Source of the DNA: Ranitomeya imitator | Taxonomy: Eukaryota | Direction of reading: 5' to 3' | Length of the DNA: 64,000 bases | NCBI RefSeq assembly: GCF_032444005.1 | Contig: NC_091283.1 | Location: 162,378,001 to 162,442,000, forward strand | Shown: positions 14,339 to 26,300 of the stretch, in pieces | Layout of the letters: each line of letters opens with the position of its first letter | Numbering within the stretch: the stretch's first letter is position 1 | Program-made: the position numbers and the translations under genes | Notes under the pieces: generated by a model | The model's database searches: none | Seen by the model: the letters and a program-made list of their open reading frames with translations, nothing else | What the model was told of the DNA's origin: nothing

Positions 14339-17300
14339 CCAGGCCCCGGCTAGACACCATGACTCCGCATCGCCAGGCCCCGGCTAGACACCATGACTCC
14401 GCATCGCCAGGCCCCAGCTAGACACCATGACTCCTCATCTCCAGGCCTCGGCTAGACACCATGACTCCTCATCTCCAGGCCTCGGCTAGACACCATGACT
14501 CTGCATCTCCAGGCCTCGGCTAGACACCATGACTCTGCATCTCCAGGCCTCGGCTAGACACCATGACTCCGCATCGCCAGGCCCCGGCTAGACACCATGA
14601 CTCCTCATCTCCAGGCCCCAGCTAGACACCATGACTCTGCATCTCCAGGCCTCGGCTAGACACCATGACTCCGCATCGCCAGGCCCCAGCTAGACACCAT
14701 GACTCCTCATCTCCAGGCCCCAGCTAGACACCATGACTCTGCATCTCCAGGCCTCGGCTAGACACCATGACTCCTCATCTCCAGGCCCCAGCTAGACACC
14801 ATGACTCTGCATCTCCAGGCCCCAGCTGTACACCATGACTCCGCATCGCCAGGCCCCAGCTGAACACCATTACTCCGCATCGCCAGGCCTCGGCTAGACA
14901 CCATGACTCCGCATCGCCAGGCCCCGGCTGTACACCATGACTCCTCATCTCCAGGCCCCGGCTATACACCATGACTCCGCATCGCCAGGCCCCGGCTAGA
15001 CACCATGACTCCGCATCGCCAGGCCCCAGCTGTACACCATGACTCCGCATCGCCAGGCCACAGCTGTACACCGTGACTCCTCATCGCCAGACAGTGGCTA
15101 TACACAATGACTCCTCATCGCCAGGCCCCGGCTGTACACTATGACTCCGCATTGCCAGGCCACGGCTATACACCATGATTCTTCCGCATCGCCAGGCCCC
15201 GGCTATACACCATGACTCCACATCACCAGGCCCCAGCTATACACCATGACTTTGCATCGGCAGGCCCTGGCTAGACACCATGACTCCTCATCGCCAGGCC
15301 CCAGTTATACACCATGACTCCTCATCGCCAGGCCCTGGCTAGACACCATGACTCCTCATCGCCAGGCCCTGGCTAGACACCATGACTCCTCATCGCCAGC
15401 TCCCGGTTATACACCATGACTCCTCATCGCCAGGCCCCGGCTAGACACCATGACTCCTCATCGCCAGGCCCCGGCTATACACCATGACTCTGCATTGCCA
15501 GGCCCCGGCTATACACCATGACTCCTCATCGTCAGGCCACGGCTGTACACCATGACTCCACATCGCCAGGCCCCAGCTATACACCATGACTCTGCATCGC
15601 CAGGCCCCGGCTAGAAACCATGACTCCGCATCGCCAGGCCCCGGCTAGACACCATGACTCCGCATCGCCAGGTCCCGGCTAGACACCATGACTCCTCATC
15701 GCCAGGCCCCGGCTAGACACCATGACTCCTCATCTCCAGGCTCTGGCTAGACACCATGACTCCGCATCGCCAGGCCCCAGCTAGACACCATGACTCCTCA
15801 TCTCCAGGCCCCAGCTAGACACCATGACTCTGCATCTCCAGGCCCCAGCTGTACACCATGACTCCGCATCGCCAGGCCCCAGCTGAACACCATTACTCCG
15901 CATCGCCAGGCCTCGGCTAGACACCATGACTCCGCATCGCCAGGCCCCGGCTGTACACCATGACTCCTCATCTCCAGGCCCCGGCTATACACCATGACTC
16001 CGCATCGCCAGGCCCCGGCTAGACACCATGACTCCGCATCGCCAGGCCCCAGCTGTACACCATGACTCCGCATCGCCAGGCCACAGCTGTACACCGTGAC
16101 TCCTCATCGCCAGACAGTGGCTATACACAATGACTCCTCATCGCCAGGCCCCGGCTGTACACTATGACTCCGCATTGCCAGGCCACGGCTATACACCATG
16201 ATTCTTCCGCATCGCCAGGCCCCGGCTATACACCATGACTCCACATCACCAGGCCCCAGCTATACACCATGACTTTGCATCGGCAGGCCCTAGCTAGACA
16301 CCATGACTCCTCATCGCCAGGCCCCAGTTATACACCATGACTCCTCATCGCCAGGCCCTGGCTAGACACCATGACTCCTCATCGCCAGGCCCTGGCTAGA
16401 CACCATGACTCCTCATCGCCAGCTCCCGGTTATACACCATGACTCCTCATCGCCAGGCCCCGGCTAGACACCATGACTCCTCATCGCCAGGCCCCGGCTA
16501 TACACCATGACTCTGCATTGCCAGGCCCCGGCTATACACCATGACTCCTCATCGTCAGGCCACGGCTGTACACCATGACTCCACATCGCCAGGCCCCAGC
16601 TATACACCATGACTCTGCATCGCCAGGCCCCGGCTAGAAACCATGACTCCGCATCGCCAGGCCCCGGCTAGACACCATGACTCCGCATCGCCAGGTCCCG
16701 GCTAGACACCATGACTCCTCATCGCCAGGCCCCGGCTAGACACCATGACTCCTCATCTCCAGGCCCCGGCTGTACACCATGACTCCGCATCGCCAGGCCC
16801 CAGCTGTACACCATGACGCCGCATCCCCAGGCCCCAGCTGTACACCATGACTCCTCATCGCCAGACCCCGGCTGTACACCATGACTCCGCATCACCAGGC
16901 TCTGGCTATACACCATGACTCCGCATCGCCAGGCCCCAGCTGTACACCATGACTCCTCATCGCCAGGCCCCAGCTGTACACTGTGACTCCTCATCTCCAG
17001 GCCCCGGCTATACACCATGACTCCTCATCTCCAGGCCCTGGCTATACACCATGACTCCTCATCTCCAGGCCCTGGCTATACACCATGACTCCTCATCTCC
17101 AGGCCCTGGCTATACACCATGACTCCTCATCTCCAGGCCCTGGCTATACACCATGACTCCTCATCTCCAGGCCCCAGCTATATACCATGACTCCTCATCT
17201 CCAGGCGCCGGCAATATACCATGACTCGTCATCTCCAGGCCCCGGCTATACAACATGACTCTGCATCACCAGGCTCTGGCTATACACCATGACTCTGCAT

Positions 17301-17666
17301 CGCCAGGCCCCGGCTATACACCATGACTCCTCATCTCCAGGCCCCGGCTATACACCATGATTCTGCATCACCAGGCTCTGGCTATACACCATGACTCCTC
17401 ATCTCCAGGCCCTGGCTATTCAACATGACTCCTCATCTCCAGGCCCTGGCTATACACCATGACTCCTCATCTCCAGGCCCTGGCTATACACCATGACTCC
17501 TCATCTCCAGGCCCTGGCTATACACCATGACTCCTCATCTCCAGGCCCTGGCTATACACCATGACTCCTCATCTCCAGGCCCTGGCTATACACCATGACT
17601 CCTCATCTCCAGGCCCTGGCTATACACCATGACTCCTCATCTCCAGGCCCCGGCTATACACCATGA
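14339..17666. repeat. 34-bp minisatellite, ~98 copies, containing a 1023-bp higher-order duplication
   Basis: Unit AGGCCCCGGCTAGACACCATGACTCCGCATCGCC. Variant patterns recur at a 1023-bp offset (identical ORFs at 14775 and 15798; 3-bp insertion at ~15180 and ~16203). Confidence 0.97.
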
Positions 17667-18402
17667 CTTCGAATCTGGCCTAAGAAATGTTATATTATTA
17701 CCCCAATGTTTCTCAGCAACATTTAAAATTGGGGCCCCTGTGCGGGAAACTGGGGCATTAGCCCCTATCCCAGTGAATTGCGCCAGCTGCAGTTCCTTGT
17801 GTAGCCTATTGGTCAGGGAGGCTTGCTGTGCAGGGAAAACTTAAAAAAGGGAGATGTCCGAAACAATTGTAGGGTCTGCGGGGGTCATCACTTTATATGA
17901 TGGGAGTACCCTTCAAAAGGAAACTAGAATGTGATTTTACAAACAGCACCACTCTTGTCCACTGCTGTTAATGGTGACACCAGCATTTAAGCGGTTAGAA
18001 ATGGGGAGCGGATGGTGTTGCCATGGGTTTTCTGCACAGCCCCGTGCCCGCCATGTTTGTACCCGCCTGTGTCTGGGGTTCATAGATAAGTCATTTTACA
18101 ATATTACATTGTATCACAAGTGATCACCAGCTCAAGTCTCACGGGGACCAATAAAAGTAATTTAAAAAAAATAACATCTTTCATAAATACAGAATATACA
18201 TTTATTAATGAACACATTTGGTTCCTCCTCGTGCGGAATCATCTGAACTAATAAAATGTCATATGTATTTTATTCAGTCGATGCCTAAATGAAAAAAAAC
18301 ATCACAATTGCACTGCTTTTTGGTCACTTTGCCTCCTAAAAAATATAAAGCAAAAAGAGATCAGAAAGTGGATTCAAAATGGTAGTTGTGAAAACTGCAG
18401 CT

Positions 18403-19412
18403 TGTGGAACACCAGCCAGGGCCGCGGGGCACTCAGTACCGGGTCTGGTACTTAAGGGGATGTGGGTGCCCATGTTAAGGGAAAAGTCTTTAAAGGGGTT
18501 TTGAATAAAGTTTGTGTTCGTGACGCCACCTGTGGTATTCGGTCAGTGGGGACCGACGCTGCTTAAAGGGTCTTCTGGGTGATGTTATGGCAGCTAAGAT
18601 GATATAACTTCCCACAGGTAAAGCTGGGTCCCCAGGGTTTGTAGATGAAGATGGTGGGTGGTGCGGTAAGAAACAGAGGACACCGGTTTGCAGTCTCTTT
18701 ACCTGGTTTACTGATGGTAGCAGGCAGCCCCAGTCCGTACCTGGCACCAGATCACAGGTACAGGCAGGGTCCGACCGGCTTGGAAGCAAGTTCAGAGTCG
18801 CCTTTACCAGGTGGAGTTAAAAGCCTTCCTCATAGCGCGGTGGTATTATAGTCCCTTACTGCCTATGGCTTCTGTCAAGGTCCTCACAGTTCTCTCTGTC
18901 CTCCTTAAAGGTGGAACACACACCCATATGACAGATGGCTCAAGCCTTTTTACAGGGTCTCTATCATGACCCGGGCTCTATGAGCCACTGTGTCTCCTGG
19001 TTATTAGCGTGGACAGGTGACGTGTAGTCCAGCTGTCCTGCCCATTTCTGCTGTGCCTCCTAGAGTCTGACACAACCTCGGTCTTCCGGCTACCAGAATG
19101 TGGGTATTCTCTCAATCCTGGAGCTGCAGCACCTCTGGCTGCACGGCCCCTCACATATCTTTCTGCCTCAGACTCTACCAGAAGTCTGCTGTCTGGCACT
19201 AACTCTCTAACTTTCCCTCCAGACCAGAATATATATATAGGGGATCCACCCATAAGCTGGATCAGAGCTCCCCCTTCTGGCCTGGAGTGTGAACATCTGG
19301 CATGTTTGTGTATACCTGATAGAGAAGATCCTCCTTCGCTTCCAAGTGTGACATCACTCTCCCCATGAGGAAAGCAGTGCCACTGTGACAATCTTGACCC
19401 TGGGGTATCACA
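18403..19412. mobile_element. Putative solo LTR (~1 kb)
   Basis: TGTG...CACA termini, AATAAA at ~18505 and a TATATATA box at ~19232. TSD is ambiguous. Confidence 0.5.
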
Positions 19413-20454
19413 CTTGTACCATGCGAAAAAGACAATCCTCATAAAGTGCTATGGGCCGAACATCTAGGAAGGGGAGAAGGAGAAATCAAAAGTGAAGAGC
19501 CGCCATAGGGCCCTGATGAGCCTGGAGCCATCCCTGCCGTGGGTAAGGGTGGGGGGTGATGGTGGCATGCACCCCTTCATGTGAGGGCGACGGCTTCCCT
19601 GTCCTACCAGTGTGACAAGCCTTCCTCGTCAGATCGTCATGAGCGATGACTGATCCTGCCAGTGACAACTGGTGTCGCAGATCATCTTTGTTTGGTAGTC
19701 ATCTCTACCGGCATTACTCGTGTAACACGTTTGTCCTGATTTATACAGCTCTCTGGGTGACGTGTTCACCACCGTATCTAAATTATAAGGTAGGAGACCA
19801 TTTTGTGTTAATGAATCAACATTGTTAGAATTGTTTCTATTGTTGTTATGTGGAAACCATAAGTAAGCAGTTGTTGACAGATCCTGTATTCTTATTATGT
19901 GTTTTTATCAGCACTTGGAATATAAAATATGGATTGGCCGGGTTAGCGAGAGTAGGAGCAATCCTTCCTTCGCTCTTTTCAGGAGCCTGGGAAAGCTGGT
20001 GACTATGACTATGCAGGGCATCTCTCGCACAATAATCGTGAGAAGCATGACACATCTCCCATCATATCCAGCCCGCCCTGGTTGTGAAATCGAGATACCG
20101 GTGGCCTTTTCTAGTTAGTGGGAGAACTGGTCAAACATGTTGTTTCTGACGTAGATAAGGCAATGATCCCAATCCCAGAGCCCGTCATACAGCACTGTCT
20201 GATCCCACAGAGAACCCCATTGATCGATTGATTCAGTGCGGCCTATAGTGGCATCATACACCCAACTTTCCTAGAGTCCTGAACAGCACAGGACAGTAAT
20301 CTGCTTCCAGAATGTTCCCTGTATGACTGGTGATAAATAGGTAACCTAGTATGGAGGAGATGTCCTGTACACCGCGCTTATCTCTGGATATGCACATTCC
20401 TCAGTGTGACATCAGAAGGTCACGGGTAACTGAAGGAGGGGCCACAGCACCCAG

Positions 20455-21790
20455 TGGGACACCTATGTCACCCACAGTATGAAGCGGGACACCCACAGAA
20501 CCCAGAGTACACAGAGGGACACCCACAGAACCCAGAGCACACAGCGGGACACCCACAGAACCCAGAGTACACAGCGGGACACCCACAGAACCCAGAGCAC
20601 ACAGCGGGACACCCACAGAACCCAGAGTACACAGAGGGACACCCACAGAACCCAGAGTACACAGCGGGACACCCACAGAACCCAGAGCACACAGCAAGAC
20701 ACCCACAACACTCAGAGTACACAGTGGGGCACACACAGCACCCAGAGCACACAGCGGGACACCCACAACACTCAGACCACACAGTTGGGCACACAGCACC
20801 CAGATCACGTAGCGGGATACCCACAGCATCCAGTGCGACACCTATGTCACCCACAGTATGAAGCGAGACACCCACAGAACCCAGAGCACACAGCGGGACA
20901 CCCACAACACTCAGAGTACACAGTGGGGCACACACAGCACCCAGAGCACACAGAGGGGCACACACAGCACCCAGAGCACACAGCGGGACAGCCGCAGCAC
21001 CCAGAGTACATAGCAGGACACCCACAGAACCCAGAGCACACAGTGGGGCACACAGCACCCAGATCACATAGCGGTATACCCACAGCATCCAGTGGGACAC
21101 CTATGTCACCCACAGTATGAAGCGAGATACCCACAGAACCCAGTGCATATTGCGGGACACCCACAACACTCAGAGTACACAGAAGGGCACACACAGCACC
21201 CAGAGCACAGAGTGGGACACCCACAGCACCCAGAGCACAAAGCGCGACACACAGCACCCAGAGCACACAGCGGGACACCCACAGAATCCAGATCACGTAG
21301 CAGGACACACACAGCACCCAGAGCACAGAGCGGGACACCCACAGAATCCAGATCACGTAGCAGGACACACACAGCACCCAGAGCACAGAGCGGGACACCC
21401 ACAGAATCCAGATCACGTAGCAGGACACACACAGCACCCAGAGCACAGAGCGGGACACCCACAGAATCCAGATCACGTAGCAGGACACACACAGCACCCA
21501 GAGCGGGACACCCACAGAACCCAGATCACGTAGCAGGACACCCACAGCACCCAGAGCACAGAGCGGGACACCCACAGAACACAGATCACGCAGCAGGACA
21601 CCCACAGCACCCAGAGCACAGAGCGGGACACCCACAGAACCCAGAGCACACAGCAGGACACACACACAGCATCCAAAGCACACAGTAGGACACCCACAGA
21701 ACCCAGATCACGCAGTGGGACACCCACAGAACCCACAGCACCCAGCGGGACACCTACATCACGCACAGTATGAAGCGGGACACCCACAGC
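20455..21790. repeat. Compound CA/G-rich minisatellite (~24-30-bp units with ~60-bp and larger higher-order blocks)
   Basis: Units such as GGGACACCCACAGAACCCAGAGCACACAGC. It accounts for all the low-complexity ORFs in this interval. Confidence 0.93.
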
Positions 21791-22333
21791 ACTCTATAAG
21801 CACCAGCTGTCATCTATCTCTATTAGGGTATGTGCCCATTATCAGGTATAGCAGCGTTTTGGACGCAGTTCACCTGTGCTGCATCCAAAATGCTGCATTC
21901 TACGATACAAGCACAGTGGATGGGACTTCTAGAAATCTCATGCCCACTGTGCTCCTATTAAACGCTGCGTACACTTGCCCGCGGTGCGGGTTTATGAGCA
22001 TGTTAATTTCTGTTGCGGAGACGCTGGTCCCCACAACAGAAATGTCTACAATAGAATGCACTGGATGCGGTAAATCCGCATGGCTCAGTGATCTCATGGA
22101 GATTTACCTGTGTGATTAGAAGGCAGCGGAAATACGCTACATCCAAAGCGCGGCTGCCTCCCCACCGTGGGCACACAGCTAATGGGAACACTTGTCTTCA
22201 CCGATTACAGGCGTGAATTGAGACTAAAGATCAGTCCTGGAGGAAGAAGCAGATTTCTCTGAGAAGATATAACATTGCTTATTTTCCTGTGTTTTATTGA
22301 CTTATGAAATAAGACTCGACGGTTACTCTAAGA

Positions 22334-22832
22334 CAGAGGTCCCCAACCTCTAGCTCGGGAGCCACATGTGGCTCGCGGTGCCATGAATTGTGGCTCGTGG
22401 CAGTCTGCCAGCTTGGTGCATTAGCTCCAGATTTAGTAAACTGGTATGAAGAGCACATCTCAAAATGATGAACTTTGTCAGTAGCCCTGCACAGAAGAGC
22501 AGACCTGGGTACACTTCTACTGGTCTTGGGGGTTTAGAGATAATTTAGGTATGGTACGCTGGAGACAGGATGATGTTACCCGTCAGAGGAGGTGCTTGAA
22601 GCTGGATGTGACTGTGTTGGGAGTGTGTGATGGGAGAATGCTGAATGTGGTGGGAACCCCTGGATCTTGGTATACTGCTTTGGGGTGATTTGTGTGGAAA
22701 AGCTTTGGTTATCATTATACCCGTAATGGGGTCTTTGGTTGCCACTACAGTGAGGGGGGCAGTAGCTGGATGTGACTCGCGACCCTCTTGCAGAGGTGAA
22801 TGTCTCAAGGTCAGAAAGGTTGGGGACCCCTG
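22334..22832. mobile_element. Non-autonomous hAT (Charlie-like) element
   Basis: TIRs CAGAGGTCCCCAACCT / AGGTTGGGGACCCCTG and a perfect 8-bp TSD CTCTAAGA (22326-22333, 22833-22840). Confidence 0.85.
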
Positions 22833-23039
22833 CTCTAAGATATCACCTGATCCACGTCTGCAGCCCATAATTCTGATATAAGACATCAGCTGCAGTCACT
22901 GTGAGCTGTGAGATAAGGAGAAATACACTGACAACATTCTGTACAGGATTCTTCAGCTTCAATCAAATCACAGACACATCAATGTATTTTATAAACAGGA
23001 AATAAGAGTCCAATATTTACTGACTGTCCTGGAATGAAA

Positions 23040-23190
23040 GAATGAATGACTGAGTGGATGAATGAATGGATGGATTAATTAATGGATGGATAAATGAATG
23101 AATGAATGATGGATGAATTACTGGATTGATGGTAGATGGATAACTGAATGAATAAATGGATGGATAAATGAATGAATGAATGAATGAATG
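23040..23190. repeat. (GAAT/GGAT)n microsatellite
   Basis: Degenerate tetranucleotide run. Confidence 0.85.
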
Positions 23191-23370
23191 TCTGGCTATC
23201 TTCTTTCAGGGGTAAGAATAGCGCAATCCCAGACCCCACAATAAGTCACTAGGGTCGGTCAGGTTTCCCGGGATCCATCCGGCGACCTGATGCCAGATCC
23301 GCCCTGAGCCTGGCACATCCAGTGTCGCTATTTCCATTGCTCCTTGAGACCCCTGTGTGATCATCCAGTC

Positions 23371-26300
23371 ATGTCCTTGTATCCTGAACTACAAGTCCCA
23401 GCATTGCTCTCCCTGCCTCCAGAGCAGAGGTTCCGGCACAGTCTCTCCTGGTGTCACTGGCTCCTCCCTGGGGCAGGCTCTGCTCTCTACCTGGAGACAG
23501 GTGCAGGAGCGCAGGCTGCCGGCAGCCCCAGACCTCCTCTCTCCAGGGTCCTGCTCGCCCTCAGCATGTCCCACCCAGGCTCTGCTCCTGGAGACCCCCA
23601 GCCTGCTCTGTGGGTGATCACTGGATCTCCTTCCTGGGAGGGATCTGGGAAGCTGCTGGACACGGACAGGACGTCTCCCTTCGCTGTGGAGTGGATCCCT
23701 GATGGTTCTCTTGCCACCTTATCCCTGGACAGCTCCAAGGAGACCATTGATCTTGAAGACCACCTATCACCTGGGCAGACTGAGGTGCAACAGGGACCTG
23801 TAGAGGTATCAGTGCCCGCCGCCTGCTGGGCCCATGGGCAGGAGCTCACCCTCTTCTGTTACCAGGAATACAAGCTCATCTGTGCCCAGTGCAAATCCCT
23901 GGGCACCTGCCAGGCTCACCGGACCAGGCCAGCAGAAGAAAGGGCATCGCAGATACGGGTGAGTAGTCCTCCTGCCCATTGCCCCTCTCCCCCCTGCACT
24001 GCAGAGCTGTGCCCTCCGATGCCACCCTGCACTCGGTATGGCCACCCTAGGGTTAACGCTGGAGCCCCCTCGTGTGAGCGGCAGGAGGAGGGGAGTGTCG
24101 CAGAGACCTGACTCATTGCAGCAGAAGGGAGACCATCTGTGTGCCAAGCAGCCAGCCACTGCTGCCAGCCGGCCTGCCTCCGCCAGGGGGCGACACTAAC
24201 CGTGTGCCAAGCAGCCAGCCACTGCTGCCAGCCGGCCTGCCTCCGCCAGGGGGCGACACTGACCGTGTGCCAAGCAGCCAGCCACTGCTGCCAGCCGGCC
24301 TGCCTCCGCCAGGGGGCGACACTGCCCGTGTGCCAAGCAGATGTGTTTCAGTCAGGTTCTCTAAGTTTCGCCTTTTCTGCCCCTAGGAAAGCTGGGTGAC
24401 ATTCTTTAATTTTTTCTATATGGATGACAGCATTCCCAGGCGTTCCCCTCTGAAATCCGCACCAAATCCTGAACATGTGAGCGTACCCTAAAAAAAAGTC
24501 TGATCACAGACCCCCTATAGACCACAGTGGAGAGGAATGCCGCGGATTATCCCTCTACTTGTCATTTCCTGGGTGACACGAGCCGCACACGACCTGACAC
24601 ACTGGGCCTGCGCGGTCTACAAGGGCTGTACTGAGGGAACCCGATAACACTACTATCACAGTGCCCCCATAACAGTGACAGCCACGAAGCCCCCAATACA
24701 GAGACAACAGGGTCCCTATAACAGTGCCTGCCCTAATAGCCCCCATATCAGTACCTGCCCTAATAGCCCCCATATCAGTGCCTGCCCTAATAGCCCCCAT
24801 ATCAGTACCTGCCCTAATAGCCCCCATATCAGTACCTGCCCTAATAGCCCCCATATCAGTACCTGCCATAATAGCCCCCATATCAGTGCCTGCCCTAATA
24901 GCCCCCATATCAGTACCTGCCATAATAGCCCCCATATCAGTACCTGCCCTAATAGCCCCCATATCAGTACCTGCCCTAATAGCCCCCATATCAGTACCTG
25001 CCCTAATAGCCCCCATAACAGTGACATTCACAGAGGTCCCAATACAGAGGTAACTGTGCCCCCATATCATTGCCTACCCTAATAGCCCCCATAATAGTGA
25101 CATTCACAGATGTCCCAATACAGATACAACTGTGCCCCCATAACAGTGCCTGCCCTAATAGCCCCCTTAACTGTGACAGCCACGTTATAACCTATAACAA
25201 TTACAGGCACAGTGCCCCCATAATGGTGCCTTTACTAGTGCACTAATAACAGTGACAACCACATTCCCCACAAAAAGTGACAGCCAATAGTCCGACAAAA
25301 CAGTGACTGCCTCCAATAAAAGTGACATCCACCGTGCCCTCAGAACAGTGACAGCCAGTGCCCTCCATAACAATGACTTTCACAATGCCCCATAACTGTG
25401 ACAACAGTGCCCCCGTAACAATGGCGTCCGCAGTGCTCTGCTACAGTCCCCTCTTAGCAGTGACAGCCATCATGTCACCACAACAAGAATAGCATGCGTC
25501 CCCATAACAATACTGAGTGTTCTGACAACAGGGAAGAACTGGGGAATTCTTGGGTTGTCAGACCCCTCGCCGCATGCAGCGGTCACCATGGCTCTGCTTT
25601 GAGATGAAGAACTGACTGGAGGAGATTCCACGTTCTCATAGGACAAGTCCTGCAGCTTCTAGAGTCATCCATCGCCGTGTCCCTCCTAGCTGGGTGCAAT
25701 CTATTGTTCTCTGGTATCAGCCCTTCCAGGATGGGTAGAGACTGATTAGTTTCTTTGCCCAGATACCGCTGGTGCACATCGGAAATGAATTAAGGTGGAT
25801 CCCTGCTTTATACCAAAACCCAGGAGTTCCCCTTTAAATAGAGTAATCTGTTCAGTGATCTCCATCCGGAGACGGTGGCCGCTCTCATCATGGCCGCCTA
25901 TGACAACAATATGGCATTCTCTATATCTGGCCCTCACACAATGGACGCCTTTATTCCCGGCCTGATTCCTTGGCTCCTGGAGTTCAGGCCAGGGAACACC
26001 GCAGGAGTTGGGTTACCGCCGACATGTGGGTATCACTTTCATGGAGGACTGGAGGGGACTCTCCATAGGGATTAGCAGCTCTACACACAGCGCCTCATAT
26101 CTCAGCTTCTCAGTCAGGACAACCGCCGCCATCCCTGAGGCAGAGTTATCATGTAAGCTAATTAAAAGGGCATTGTTATCCATTCACTGACAGCAAGCAG
26201 TACTGAATCTGTCAGCTCTGATGTCCTGTACTGATCCCACCACTCTCGTCACCGACGTCACTAATGAAACGTTTTCTTCTCAGAACAAGATCGTCGATCA

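Noticed and set aside
14339-17666. 34-bp repeat array as a possible CRISPR array (likewise the 31-bp and 69-bp arrays)
   Set aside because: Units are directly adjacent with no unique spacers, no cas genes are present, and the context is eukaryotic.
19513-19545. CTGATGAG resembling a hammerhead core
   Set aside because: No downstream GAAA or stems II/III.
19846-20120. Possible old L1-like coding fragment (APEKSEGRIAPTLANP)
   Set aside because: Too short and degenerate to support a call without a profile search.
20401-21787. Cluster of long Cys- or His/Gln-rich ORFs resembling keratin-associated or metallothionein-like proteins
   Set aside because: All lie within a tandem array and are open in many frames at once.
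24555-25082. ORFs with perfect 9-aa repeats (GTDMGAIRA / CPNSPHIST)
   Set aside because: A 27-bp unit is a multiple of 3, so open frames are expected; the location is intronic.
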